64,000 nucleotides of DNA from Phoronis australis (taxonomy: Eukaryota > Animalia > Phoronida), in the NCBI GenBank assembly GCA_002633005.1, contig NMRA01000031.1:272888-336887 (forward strand), given 5' to 3'. This document shows positions 38,654 to 51,367 of this stretch, piece after piece. The notes below the pieces were generated by a model. That model did not search any database, was not told the DNA's origin, and worked only from the letters and a program-made list of their open reading frames with translations. How positions within the stretch are numbered: the stretch's first letter is position 1; every line of letters starts with the position of its first letter. Both the position numbers and the translations under genes were made by a program.

Positions 38654-39239
38654 GTAAGTATGATTGATCTGCCCATGAACATAATTTATGATCAAAACAA
38701 CTCTAGTATACGATAAATTGTTTTGACGCTTGTAGTCACTATCTGACAATATGTTATAATTCACTGCTGTCAGTATGTGATGTTTATTGCTTCATTCTGG
38801 TGCTTAAGCATAAGAAGCCAGACCACAGCATAATACATTTTGGTAAGGGTAAAATCACTCCATGTTTTTCATTTCGCAAATACTTTTAACATTTTTATGA
38901 ATGTCCACGTATTTCCAAAAACATTGTCTGATGGTAGATACATAAAATTTAAAAATGATGAAGCATTTCCTTGGTGCTACTGTATCTTTCATTGTACAAA
39001 ATGTCACATGTTCACCATACTGTGTCCTATATTGATCAGATTTTATCATGACGGAGAGTCAGAATCTTTGTGGATGACACTCAGGTTTGTGGCGTTAATA
39101 AATTTGTTACGTCAGAATCTTTATGGCAGTCCTACTTGACTTCCAGTGTTTCCCGGGGTCCCTTCTGGCAGTAGAAACACCAAGAATATTTGTAGTATAG
39201 AAGTCCGTTTATGAAATGGTTAATATTCAATTTTTTCAG

Positions 39240-39370
39240 TTTCAAGAATGTGGAAGTGAAGCCTAGTCCGGTGGTGAAAGCTTACGATCACCTCTATTTG
39301 ACCCATCACAGTCGACCAATCTTTGAGACCAATCTACGCAAAGCTTATGATATGCTGAGTGAAACAAAAT
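39240..39370 (+). CDS. TPGS1: TPGS1 exon 3
   Basis: Reads (Y)FKNVEVKPSPVVKAYDHLYLTHHSRPIFETNLRKAYDMLSETK (cf. [25 protein letters not shown]); AG/GT boundaries and phase fit. Confidence 0.9.
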
Positions 39371-40217
39371 GTAAACATACTGTTCTTGGTTTACTATCAG
39401 ACAATTATAAATAGTGCAGAACTGCCGACAAATTGAATGTTGCTACTTCAATGTCCTTCAATTCTGGGTAAATTTGCCTTTTGTTAAATAGTTTGGTGCA
39501 TATTTTATGTGTATGACTGTGTGTAATGTCGTTGCAAATTAGAATTAACTTTCTGGAGATTCTCTATATTTGTTTTATTACACGACCACTGCTGCTTCTT
39601 TTGCCTGATTTGTTTGTCCCTTGTTAGATTGGCATGTCCTTGTTTGCTTTAATGTACTGGTATCGTCTGCTCGCTTTGCTGTTAGGGGTTCCTGGTTTCA
39701 GCTGTTTGATTTTCTAGATCGTGAATTGTGACTGACGTCTGGGCAGCATGTGATATTGTATGGCAGGTTGAACATTACCTCATCAGGCGAGTTATCATAC
39801 TGCATTCTAGCCTATCACAGGACATAGGTGTCAGTGGTCGTGTAACAAAATCAAATTCAGAAAAAATACCCAGTGATAGAAAATCCTACCAAAAACAACA
39901 TGACTTCATGAGCAAGAGTCAATCAAACCATCATCAAAATGTAGTCAATATACTGTTTATTTGTCTGACGTGCAGAACATAAGGAATTGTGTATGTTGTG
40001 ATGGCTGTAGGTGGGAATTCTCTCAGACTTGAGTGTTAATGTTTTAAATGAATGAAATTAGTGCATATATTGGAGCAAAATGCTCCTGAACGTGAGAAAT
40101 TTGAAAAATTCATGTCTTGTTATTTTACTAAACCAAGACCTTAACTCAGATTAATACTGTGATAAAATAACATACCGTATTTGTGGCACGTGTCATGCCC
40201 GATGTATCATTTTTCAG

Positions 40218-40397
40218 GTGGCCGCAATTTGAAAGGTGTTACTGGTAAAGTCTTCATGGAACTGTTAGAAATTATTTGTCGGAATGTTCCGTCCGCAGTA
40301 GCTGAAAAGCTTGTGTTCAAACTGCGAGTACGAGAGCATGAGGCAATCAACTTCAATATCTTCAGGAACAAAATCTTTACGTGTTTAGTTTTACAAG
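40218..40397 (+). CDS. TPGS1: TPGS1 exon 4
   Basis: Reads (C)GRNLKGVTGKVFMELLEIICRNVPSAVAEKLVFKLRVREHEAINFNIFRNKIFTCLVLQ (cf. GLDGRTYSELLRRICRD...CRDHEAV...FR...TCFVL). Confidence 0.92.
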
Positions 40398-41562
40398 GTA
40401 TGTTTGCGTTATTAACGTCTGTGTTTTTACAAATTGGCCAACGTCTGAATATCTTTCCGTGTAATGTTGAAAGTAACCTTCATCTGTAAAAAAATTGCTT
40501 AAATGTGTCAATTTTTTTAACCTGTTCTGCACATTGTGCATGAAAAAATTTTACTTTGTCGTTTCTTGTCAAAAATTATGTTAAGAAAATCTAATATTTG
40601 ATTGTTGTACGAAATTAAGATTTATTATAATTACATAAAATTGGCATGATGAAACTTAATTCTTAGTGCCTTGTACATTATTCATATTAGCCTCACTAAC
40701 AAAAAAACTTGATGTCTGATTTGCAGACCACCACTTCAATGCAGTAAACTTTGGTATTCACTATCTTCTAGTCTTTGATTTTGACCTTAAACTATGCAAT
40801 TAACAAAAGTTTGCTGTTTAAAGCAGCTGTTCATGTTAAATAATTACAACTGTACAATCTTGCCAGTTTAGGACACAACATGGTGGCTAAGTGGAACTTT
40901 ATTTTATACTGTTTTCATAAATGATACATGCACATAGTACCAAAGTATCTACCAACAAACGATATTTTGAAAAATTGTGATCATTCACAGCAATATTTGA
41001 AGCCTTTGAAAAATGAAAAAGTGATATTTTGGCTATTATTTTTTGTCCTAAAATGGTGAAATTTTTTGGTAGATTTGCACTTGTTTGTGCGAGACTTGTA
41101 CGACTAACCACCTGGGGTGTAGATTAAAATTGGCCATAATCGGGGCTCGGGTTTAGCTTAGGCTTAGGTTCACTTATCACAAGTGTTGCACCTGCCTGTT
41201 GCAATAACTAGCTATAGATAGAGGGGAGAAGGAATCATTCATCTCTACGTGATTCAAGTGGTCCTCATTGCTTATTTATAGATATTTCTTACCAAAATGA
41301 ACTAATGGGAAACAGTCACTGCCAACTATGGTTTTTGAATTTTAGTTGTTGTAATAGAAGAGATTCACAAGTGGTAAGCAGTTGACAACAAGGAAAAGAG
41401 TTGTAGCCTGAATACAATATTTTAAAGTCCTGTGTCTTACAGAATGCATCATTGTGAGAATTATTACCATTTTATCATTCAGGTTGACGGTGTTATGTTG
41501 ACTCCATTGAAGCACAGTTTCCATATTATCATTTAATGACGTCATTTCACCATCTTTTTCAG

Positions 41563-41707
41563 ACTTTTTACAACTTAGTGAAGATCTGTACATGAGTCTG
41601 GATATTTTGCATACAGAAAAAGCAGATAGGTGTCTCTGTGAAACAACTTTGGAACAACTACACAAAGCAGTTGATATGACGTCGCCACAGTCGGATGTTC
41701 CCGAAGC
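41563..41707 (+). CDS. TPGS1: TPGS1 exon 5
   Basis: Reads (D)FLQLSEDLYMSLDILHTEKADRCLCETTLEQLHKAVDMTSPQSDVPE(A); AG/GT boundaries and phase fit. Confidence 0.88.
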
Positions 41708-41761
41708 GTAAATACTTAGTTTAATTTGATAATTTTTCAAGGAGGAACTTTGTAATGTTGA

Positions 41762-42599
41762 GGGCTGTTCCAGTAAAATCCGTGTGGGAGGGGGGGGACG
41801 GCAGTAGAAATAAAAATTCATGGGTGGTGGTCTTCAGAAAAAAACTCAAATTATGGGTGGTCGTTCCAGCAAGAAGTGATGCATTAAAAATGGGTGGTAT
41901 TTTTTGATCTGTTAACGTTGACAGGTTGGTTAATTCAGCCAACACATCTCCAAAGAAATCAAAACTCAAAAAATGCGATTGGCATATATCCCAACTTATC
42001 CCAATACAAAAACGCCCATATTGCCAGTGAACAGAGTGCAATATGTTCACTAAGCCATTAATCAAGTCATGCGCAACTTGATTTGAGCCAAGTGCTTGTC
42101 TGCAGTCCTATTGAATTGAAAAGTTATGCAACACTAAACTGGTGTTAACACATATAAGAAAATTGATGATTTTTAAATAAAAAGTATGAGGAGTAAGATT
42201 AACAAGTTCCAATATTCACTTGACATAGAAGTATAAAAGAGTTTGTGGAGACAGTTTGAGATTCATAGATCCTTATAATTGAAAAAATGTTCATTGAAAT
42301 TATAGACACATGAAGAACAGAGACACCTGGTGGCTGCCAAAAGTATTGTTCACAGGCTACTTTAATTTTTGACAGTATTGGACAAGACAACTAGTTCTTG
42401 TCTGTCAATCATCTAAGTTCTTAACAGGTCCTCCTGGAGGCAATTTGGTTGCAAGTGTTGGATTTTATATTTTAACCTATTAAAAATAATTAAAAAATTA
42501 TGGGTCATGGGTTGGAGAAATAAATGAAAAATATGGGCGGTGGGTACGAAATAAAAGTGCCTTCCCCCCCCTCCCATACAGATTTTGCTGGAACAGCCC
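41762..42599. mobile_element. PIF/Harbinger-type non-autonomous insertion in TPGS1 intron 5, present in copy 1 only
   Basis: TIR gggctgttccag / ctggaacagccc with 3-bp TGA target duplication; the empty site aatgttgaacagaatcc is seen at about 47624-47640. Confidence 0.9.
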
Positions 42600-42749
42600 T
42601 GAACAGAATCCAAGCAAATATATTTTGTAGCTTTTAGTTGGTATTAACGTCTCTGCTGGGTAAGCTACATGCTGTTCTCATTAGCTGGTTAAGGGCATGT
42701 ACCTAATACATGTAGGTTTACAAACACTTGAAGTAATCTCTATTTTCAG

Positions 42750-42807
42750 GATATTTCATGCCGGATTAGCACTTGCACCCGATAAGATGGTGACTGCATT
42801 AAACAAG
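42750..42807 (+). CDS. TPGS1: TPGS1 exon 6
   Basis: Reads (A)IFHAGLALAPDKMVTALNK (cf. FLEAGSRLGPDSLALALDR); tattttcAG / GTGAGA. Confidence 0.88.
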
Positions 42808-44168
42808 GTGAGAGAAACTTTACAGAACCTGACACTGATAAAGCGACTGAACCCTGCAATATAATGAATAATTATTAATAACACAGTCCTTTTGGGCACT
42901 GATTTCCAATGGAACCCAGCAACCTGGACCTGAAGTGAATTAAGACAGAGACAGAATTTTGGGCTAACACTCACATTTCACAATTGCTTCAAAAAGGTTT
43001 AGTGAAGTTATTATGAGCGCATTACAGTACAGAAATTTTATAGTAGTTATTTCATTAATAGTTATGTTTGTATTTTCGGAGACTTTGGACCTTTTGGACT
43101 CATGAAACAGACCACCAGGAAAATTTGGGCAAGAAACCATATACACTCAATCTAGATTATGGCAGAAGTGCTGTCTCACCCTTTTCTTCTTTAGAAATAT
43201 GTTTACTGGGAGACATTTAGGAGGCAACTGGGCTAATAATTTGAGACCATTATCGCCACCGAACTGTACCAGGAGGTACTTCCTCACAGCAGGTGGCATG
43301 CTTGACTTTGTGAAAAGACCCTGTGTGCATGTGATTAGATGTGGTGTGTTTTAAACAAATTTAAGTAAAATTGCCTTCTTGGCCCCAAGGAGCAAACAGT
43401 GTGTGGTCTCACGTGACCACTTGCCACATTGCCACGTGAAAGTCTCCTATTGAAAAATTACTATCAGCATTCATTCTACAGTTAAAAGTAAATCGAAAGA
43501 CAGTATACTTTCCAGTTGGATTACAAAGATACCCACTTTTCACATTAAGTCTTATTAGACAAAGATTCTTCAGTTTGGGACACACTATGGCGGACAGGTG
43601 AAATTCCATTTTGTTAAAATCCTCAACAAAAATAACTGTTTCTGAAAATTTTCTTTGCTTTTAGCATGGTGTTGTTTTTTCCAAGCAACATGTGGTAAAA
43701 ATTTGAGCATTTTTAACAATGTGGTAAGCCTCTGAAAAATAGAAATGTGGCAATTTTAGCAATTATTTCCATCCCAAATTGAAGAATCTTTATGCTTTGT
43801 GTTCCTGGGTATGATGCAAAAGCACTTAGTAACCACTTATTACTTTACAGCAGCTAATTAAGATATTGTTAGACAATAATTATGGTTGTGGGTTCAAATT
43901 CCAATGGATCCCACTGCTAAACCCTTGACTCAAGTCTCTAGCTACACATCTTGGTCTTAATTTGTGTAGTTAGGTGTATGTGAAATGCAAAAATGGTTTC
44001 ATGTTCCGTGCAATGGGTGTGGCTGAGCAACCTGCAACATGTATCGGACCACCTGCAGTATTTTGTTAATTGTCGCTTTTGTTTTTATAACACTGCTGTT
44101 CACGGGCACCACAGTATTGTTTGAGCCGATGCGCCCAGCTAAAATTCTGAATTTCTATTTATATACAG

Positions 44169-44252
44169 GCTGTGTCAAATCACCGTGGAAACCAGCAGTT
44201 CATGGGCAAAGAAGAGTTTGTATTAAAGTCTGCTGAATCATTTCTAAATAGG
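44169..44252 (+). CDS. TPGS1: TPGS1 exon 7 (or terminal exon to 44261 if the donor is read through)
   Basis: Reads AVSNHRGNQQFMGKEEFVLKSAESFLNR (cf. MTREEFLERAAALFIAK); donor AGG|GTAAGA. Confidence 0.88.
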
Positions 44253-44848
44253 GTAAGATGATATTAGAGGCGTGTCATTCTGCAACGACTCAACTACCAT
44301 GAACGTAATAGTTCTTTTTTACTCAAATTTTTCCTCTAATCACAATGGTAAACAAACATTTCCCCCTGGTAGGCGGGAGTTATTGGCCTTGCATTACTTG
44401 TTTGTATCTAATAGTCTTGTTCTTTTGTTGAAAAGGTTTTCCTACTCAGTAGCGCCTCTCACTAGTGCTATGACTTTGTAAGAAGTGAGAATATGCTGAA
44501 GACAACAACACTAATGAATGCAGAAAAGTGACGTAAAATCAAAATGTCCGTCATGAATGAAATAATGTTATTGTGACTTTTGTCTGCCTTGTCAGCACCC
44601 AAAACCTTGCAATGTTAATACCATAACTTCCAAGTTAATTCCACATTCTTTCTTAGTTGTAATCCCATCGGTTTAACCTCAGTTACTGTCTTCATTTTGG
44701 CTGTAAACCTACTCTAATTTGCAATTTATTATTTCGCAAGAGTTTACCAAAGTTGTTCAAACTTTTATAAGGATAAGGACATCTTGCCAAGTCATGTAGC
44801 ATAAAACTGTCTAGTCTTATTTGTTACACGTCTGCACCTTTCCAGTCT

Positions 44849-45356
44849 CAGGGCTTGGAACTTTCCGCGGAAACGCGGATTTCCGCTTTTTTCAAATGTT
44901 CTGTCCGCACATTTTATTATATTTCCGCGTAAAAAAATCGGATTTGATACAAAATTTCCGCGGCAAATTCCTTTCTTACCGCGGCGTTGCAGACGACGTT
45001 CACTTCGAAAAGCGGAAGTTGCTCTTTATGTTTCGGAGGACCGTAAATTGTCAACATTGCCGGGGCATCTTGGTAAGCGTGGTGGGATTTTCAAGGGCGT
45101 CTCGTGTTATTGTATACCGCGGCGACAAATACTATGGCTCTGCAGCCAAAAATGTGTGGGTTGGGAGTGGAAGGACGAGCTAAAAGGACGCAGACACATG
45201 CTAGTGATGGTGGTAATGTTTTTTTTTTCTTTTTTTTTAGTCCTCCCGATTTTTGTCGGGGAAAGGTTCACATTGACCATTTCAAGGCTGGGTAACGCGC
45301 ATGATTTGGGCCGTAAAAGTTTCCGCGTTTTTTGTCATTGGTCATTCCAAGCCCTG
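44849..45356. mobile_element. hAT-type non-autonomous insertion in TPGS1 intron 7, present in copy 1 only
   Basis: TIR cagggcttggaa / ttccaagccctg with approximate 6-bp duplication cagtct/cagtcc; the empty site ttccagtctagtgtc is at about 49849-49863. Confidence 0.88.
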
Positions 45357-45496
45357 CAGTCCATTGTCGGTGCAGGGCAACCTGTAACTTTGGTGGTTTT
45401 TCCAGTCGCAAGCTTCGACTTTGTATACCTGTATGTGTATTCGGTGAATGGTAGATTTAAATCTCAAGGTCTGAAAGATTATGTCTTCTGTTTTAG

Positions 45497-45514
45497 GTTC
45501 CAGATCCTAAATAG
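45497..45514 (+). CDS. TPGS1: TPGS1 putative terminal exon 8 (VPDPK*)
   Basis: Acceptor tcttctgttttAG at phase 0; identical in the second copy (49992-50009); total CDS 780 nt = 259 aa. Confidence 0.6.
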   Translation, partial: VPDPK

Positions 45515-45557
45515 ATGTAACTGGAGACTTGCAGTTCTCGTCAGTGTTGTGTGAANC

Positions 45558-48500
45558 GCTTTGCTGTTAGGGGTTCCTGGTTTCAGCTGTTTGATTTTCT
45601 AGATCGTGAATTGTGACTGACGTCTGGGCAGCGTGTGATATTGTATGGCAGGTTGAACATTACCTCATCAAGCGAGTTATCATACTGCATTCTAGCCAAT
45701 CACAGGACATAGGTGTCAGTGGTCGTGTAACAAAATCAAATCCAGAAAAAATACTCAGTGATAGAAAATCCTTCCAAAAACAACATGACTTCATGAGCAA
45801 TAGTCATCAAACCATCATCAAAATGTAGTCAATATACTGTTTATTTGTCTGACGTGCAGAGGATAAGGAAATTGTGTATGTTGTGACGGCTGTAGGTGGG
45901 AATTCTCCCAGACTTGAGTGTTAATGTTTTAAATGAATGAAACTGGTGCATATATTGGAGCAAAATGCTCCTGAACGTGGGAAATTTGAAAAATTTATGT
46001 CTTGTTGTTTTACTAAACCAAGACCTTAACTCAGATTAACAATGAGTGTAACTGTGATAAAATAACATACTGTACTTGTGGCACGTGTCATGCCCGATGT
46101 ATCATTTTTCAGGTGGCCGCAATTTGAAAGGTGTTACTGGTAAAGTCTTCATGGAACTGTTAGAAATTATTTGTCGGAATGTTCCGTCCGCAGTAGCTGA
46201 AAAGCTTGTGTTCAAATTGCGAGTACGAGAGCATGAGGCAATCAACTTCAATATCTTCAGGAACAAAATCTTTACGTGTTTAGTTTTACAAGGTATGTTT
46301 GTATTATTTCGTCTGTGTTTTTACAAATTGGCCAACGTCTGAATATCTTTCCGTGTAAAGTTGAAAGTAACCTTCATCTGTAAAAAAAATTGCTTAAACG
46401 TGTCAATTTTTTAACCTGTTCTGCACATTGTGCATGAAAAAATTTTACTTTGTTGTTTCTTGTCAAAAATTATGTTATGAAAATCTAATATTTGATTGTT
46501 GTACGAAATTAAGATTTATTATAATTACATAAAATTGGCATGATGAATCTTAATTCTCAGTGCCTTGTACATTATTCATATTATCCTCAGTAGCAAAAAA
46601 CTTGACGTCTGCTTTGCAGACCACCATTTCACTGCATTAAACTTTGGTATTCACTATCTTCTAGTCTTTGATTTTGACCTTAAACTATACAATACTGAAT
46701 AACAAAAGTTTGCTGTTTAAAGCAGCTGTTCATGTTAAATAATTACAACTGTACAATCTTGCCAGTTTAGGACACAACATGGTGGCTAAGTGGAACTTTA
46801 TTTTATACTGTTTTCATAAATGATACATGCACGTAGTACCAACGTATCTACCAACAGACGATATTTTGAAAAATTGTGATCATTCACAGCAATATTTGAA
46901 GCATTTGAAAAATGAAAAAGTGATATTTTGGCTATTATTTTTTTGTCCTAAAATGGTGAAATTTTACGGCAGTTTTGCACTTGTTTGTGCGAGACTTGTA
47001 CAACTAACCACCTGGGGTGTAGATTAAAATTGGCGATGATCGGGGCCCGGGTTTAGCTTAGGCTTAGGTTCAATTATCACAAGTGTTGCACCTGCCTGTT
47101 GCAATAACTAGCTATAGATAGAGGGGAGAAGGAATCATTCATCTCCACGTGATTCAAGTGGTCCTCATTGCTTATTAATAGATATTTCTTACCAAAATGA
47201 ACTCGTGGGAAACAGTTACCACCAATTATGGTTTTTGAGTTTTAGTTGTTGTAATAGAAGAGATTCACAAATGGTAAGCAGTTGACAACAAGGAAAAGAG
47301 TTGTAGCCTGAATATAATATTTTAAAGTGTCTTACAGAATGCATCATTGTGAGAATTATTACCATTTTATCATTCAGGTTGACAGTGTTTCCTGATTATC
47401 ATTTAATGAGGTCATTTCATCATCTTTTTCAGACTTTTTACAACTTAGTGAAGATCTGTACATGAGTCTGGACATTTTGCATACAGAAAAAGCAGATAGG
47501 TGTCTCTGTGAAACAACTTTAGAACAACTACACAAAGCAGTTGATATGACATCGCCACAGTCGGATGTTCCCGAAGCGTAAATACTTAGTTTAATTTGAT
47601 AATTTCTCAAGGAGGAACTTTGTAATGTTGAACAGAATCCAAACAAATATATTTTGTAGCTTTTAGTTGGTATTAACGTCTCCGCTGAGTAAGCTACATG
47701 CTGTTCTCATTAGCTGGTTAAGGGCATGTACCTAATACATGTAGGTTTACAAACACTTGAAGTAATCTCTATTTTCAGGATATTTCATGCCGGATTAGCA
47801 CTTGCACCCGATAAGATGGTGACTGCATTAAACAAGGTGAGAGAAAATTTACAGAACCTGACACTGATAAAGCGACTCAACCCTGCAATATAATGAATAA
47901 TTATTAATAACACAGTCCTTTTGGGCACTGATTTCCGATTGAACCCAGCAACCTGGACCTGAAGTGAATTAAGTCAGAGACAGAATTTTGGGCTAACACT
48001 CACGTTTCACAATTGCTTCAAAAAGGTTTAGTGAAGTAATTATGAGCGCATTACTGTACAGAAATTTTATAGTAATTATTTCATTAATAGTTATGTGTGT
48101 ATTTTCGGAGACTTTGGACCTTTTGGACTCATGAAACAGACCACCAGGAAAATTTGGGCAAGAAACCATATACACTCAATCTAGATTATGGCAGAAGTGC
48201 TGTCTCACCCTTTTCTTCTTTAGAAATATGTTTACTGGGAGACATTTAGAAGGCAACTGGGCTAATCATTCGAGACCATTATCGCCACCTAACTGTACAA
48301 GGAGGTACTTCCTCACAGCAGGTGGCATGCTTGACTTTGTGAAAAGACCCTGTCACAGTGTATGTGATTAGATGTGGTGTGTTTTAAACAAGTTTAAGTA
48401 AAATTGCCTTCTTGGCCCCAAGGAGCAAACAGTGTGTGGTCTCACGTGACCACGTGCCACATTGCCACGTGAAAATCTCCTATTGAATGATTACTTTCAG

Positions 48501-50050
48501 TATTCATTCTACACTTAAAAGTAAATCGAAAGTACACTTTCCAGTCGGATTACAAAGATACCCACTTTTCACATTAAGTCTTATTAGGCAAAGATTCTTC
48601 AGTTTGGGACACACTATGGCAGACAGGTGAAATTCCATTTTGTTAAAATCCTCAACGAAAATAACTGTTTCTGAAAATTTACTTTGCTTTTAGCATGGTG
48701 TTGTTTCTTCCAAACAACATATGGTAAAAATTTGACCATCTTTAATAACGTGGTAAGCCTCTGAAAAATAGAAATGTGGCAATTTTAGCAATTATTTCCA
48801 TCCCATATTGAGGAATCTTTATGCTTTGTGTTCCTGGGTATGATGCAAAAGCACTTAGTAACCACTTATTACTTTACAGCAGCTAGTTAAGATATTGTTA
48901 GACAATAATTATGGTCGTGGGTTCAAATCCCAACGGATCCCACTGCTAGACCCTTGAATCAAGTCTCTAGCTACTCAACTTGGTCTTAATTTGTGTAGTT
49001 AGGTGTATGTGAAATGCAAAAATGGTTTCTTGTGTTCCGTGCAATGGGTGTGGCTGAGGAAATTGCAACATGTATCGGACCACCTGCAGTATTTTGTTAA
49101 TTGTCACTTTTATTTTGATAACACTGCTGTTCACGGGCACCACAGTATTGTTTGAGCTCGTTATTCCATACCTGCCGATGCGCCCAGCTAAAATTCTGAA
49201 TTTCTATTTATATACAGGCTGTGTCAAATCACCGTGGAAACCAGCAGTTCATGGGCAAAGAAGAGTTTGTATTGAAGTCTGCTGAATCATTTCTAAATAG
49301 GGTAAGATGATATTAGAGGCGTGTCATTCTGCAACGACTCAACTACCATGAACGTAATAGTTCTTTTTTACTCAAATTTTTCCTCTAATCATAATGGTCT
49401 TGCGTTACTTGTTTGTGTCTAATAGTCTTGTTCTTTTGTTGAAAAGGTTTTCCTACTCAGTAGCACCTCTCACTAGTACTATGACTTTGTAAGAAGTGAG
49501 AATATGCTGAAGACAACAACACTAATGAATGCAGAAAAGTGACGTAAAATCAAAATGTCCGTCGTGAATGAAATGTTATTGTGACTTTTGTCTGCCTTGT
49601 CAGCACCCAAAACCTTGCAATGTTAATTACCATAACTTCCAAGTTAATTCCACATTCTTTATTAGTTGTAATGCCATCGGTTGAATCTCAGTTACTGTCT
49701 TCATTTTGGCTGTAAACCTACTCTAATTTTCAATTTATTGTTTCGCAAAAGTTTACCAAAGTTGTTCAAACTTTTGTAAGGGTAAGGACATCTTGCCTAG
49801 TCTTGTAGCATAAAACTGTCTAGTCTTATTTGTTACAGGTCTGCACCTTTCCAGTCTAGTGTCGATGTAGGGCAACCTGTAACTTTGGTGGTTTTTCCAG
49901 TCGTAAGCTTTGACTTTGTGTACCTGTATGTGTGTTCGGTGAATGGTAGATTTAAATTTAAATGTCTGAAAGTTTATGTCTTCTGTTTTAGGTTCCAGAT
50001 CCTAAATAGATGTAACTGGAGACTTGCAGTTCTCGTCAGTGTTGTGTGAA
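45558..50050 (+). other. TPGS1: Second copy of TPGS1 intron 3 to exon 8 (exons 46113-46292, 47433-47577, 47779-47836, 49218-49301, 49992-50009); likely alternate haplotype
   Basis: Co-linear near-identical repeat of 39673-45555 starting right after the N at 45557; five exonic differences, all synonymous; lacks exons 1-3. Confidence 0.85.
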
Positions 50051-51211
50051 GGGCAACTGCCAGCAGCTACGAGAGTGAGAGGGGTGCTGCTGATCCATGT
50101 GACGAATTCGTCTGGCACTGTGCTGGTGTGGAAAATATTGCAGAGCAACTGTCTGTGTTAAATGAATAGAGGATGTGCCGAGATTCGACTGACTGACAGA
50201 CTCTCATTCAGTTAGCACCTACACTAGAGAGAATTTCCTGATTATTTGTTGTGAACAGGTTACCTTGCTTAACAGTCTCAGCATGGAGTTAAAAGCGATG
50301 ACTTCTGCATAAATCGTCTTTGTGACAAATGAAAATGTTAAGGCCCTGGCATGTCACCTTTATCAAACTCCACTTCATCAAATTTTAAGTAAGTGTAAAT
50401 CTGTACATCATTTGCCAATTTGGTTAAAAACGTGTTTGCCCTGCTTCTTTAGATGATGACGTCACAATGTAATCGCAATATCTTGTTCGAGTTCTCTACG
50501 GTTACTACATTACAAAGTGTGTTGTATAAATGAGTGTTATGGAACATGACCTGTTAGTGTTTGACACTCGAAGTTGCTCAAAGCTCATAGACTTTGAAGA
50601 AATGTTGTAAGTGAATCTAGTAAGGCAACTTATTTTGATTATGTGAGCCTCGTTAATTTATTAGAAAACGATGAAGTCTCTTGTGTGAGTGGTCATCAGT
50701 TCAGGGAAGTAACACTTGTCTGAAAAGCGAGACTGTCCCCAAGTCAAACGTGCTTTCTCTTTGTGAAAAATATCAATCTTGGCAAAGCAATTCTCAATTA
50801 CCAAAAATTCACCGTTTCATTATTGTGGATGCGATTACTAAATATTAATCAAGTTTTTGCTATCATAATAAGTGTGTTACTTTACAATAAGTTCACTGAG
50901 CTTTAAAATACCACTAACAGCATTCTCTTCTGTTTGTTACATGCACCGATTATTGTCCGTTGCCTTAGCTGTTCACTTCAGTGATTGAGGTTACACATTG
51001 TAAGATATTTTACGTTTGTTAGCTTAGGGAGCCTCATGTCGATGTGTTTATTCATAGCTGTTTGTAGGCCAAGTGAGATTTACATATCATATGACTCACA
51101 TTTGTGTATGAACTGGTGTGTGTGCTGACTTGTTTTCTACACACTTGGGTGGGCAGTGGTACATTTGGCTTTAGAGAGGAGAGGATGGGAGCTGCAATAC
51201 TGAGAACCAAT

Positions 51212-51367
51212 GTGAGTGTCGGTGAGTCAAGAGGAGTCGGCTTTAATAATGCTTTATTAAGATACTCTAAACAGAGAAGACTTGTAAGAATATAACTGCG
51301 AAATGTTTCCATTACCTTAATAAAGCATTATTAAAGTCAACTCCTCTTGACTTGCCGAAACTCACAC
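51212..51367. repeat. ~55-bp inverted repeat with ~50-bp spacer
   Basis: gtcaagaggagtcggctttaataatgctttattaag versus cttaataaagcattattaaagtcaactcctcttgac. Confidence 0.8.

Noticed and set aside
41342-42065. 159-aa and 114-aa minus-strand ORFs
   Set aside because: Antisense to TPGS1 exon 5 and running into a MITE; not preserved in the second copy.
44821-45554. 120-aa and 168-aa ORFs
   Set aside because: They lie largely within a non-autonomous transposon absent from the second copy; no recognisable domain.
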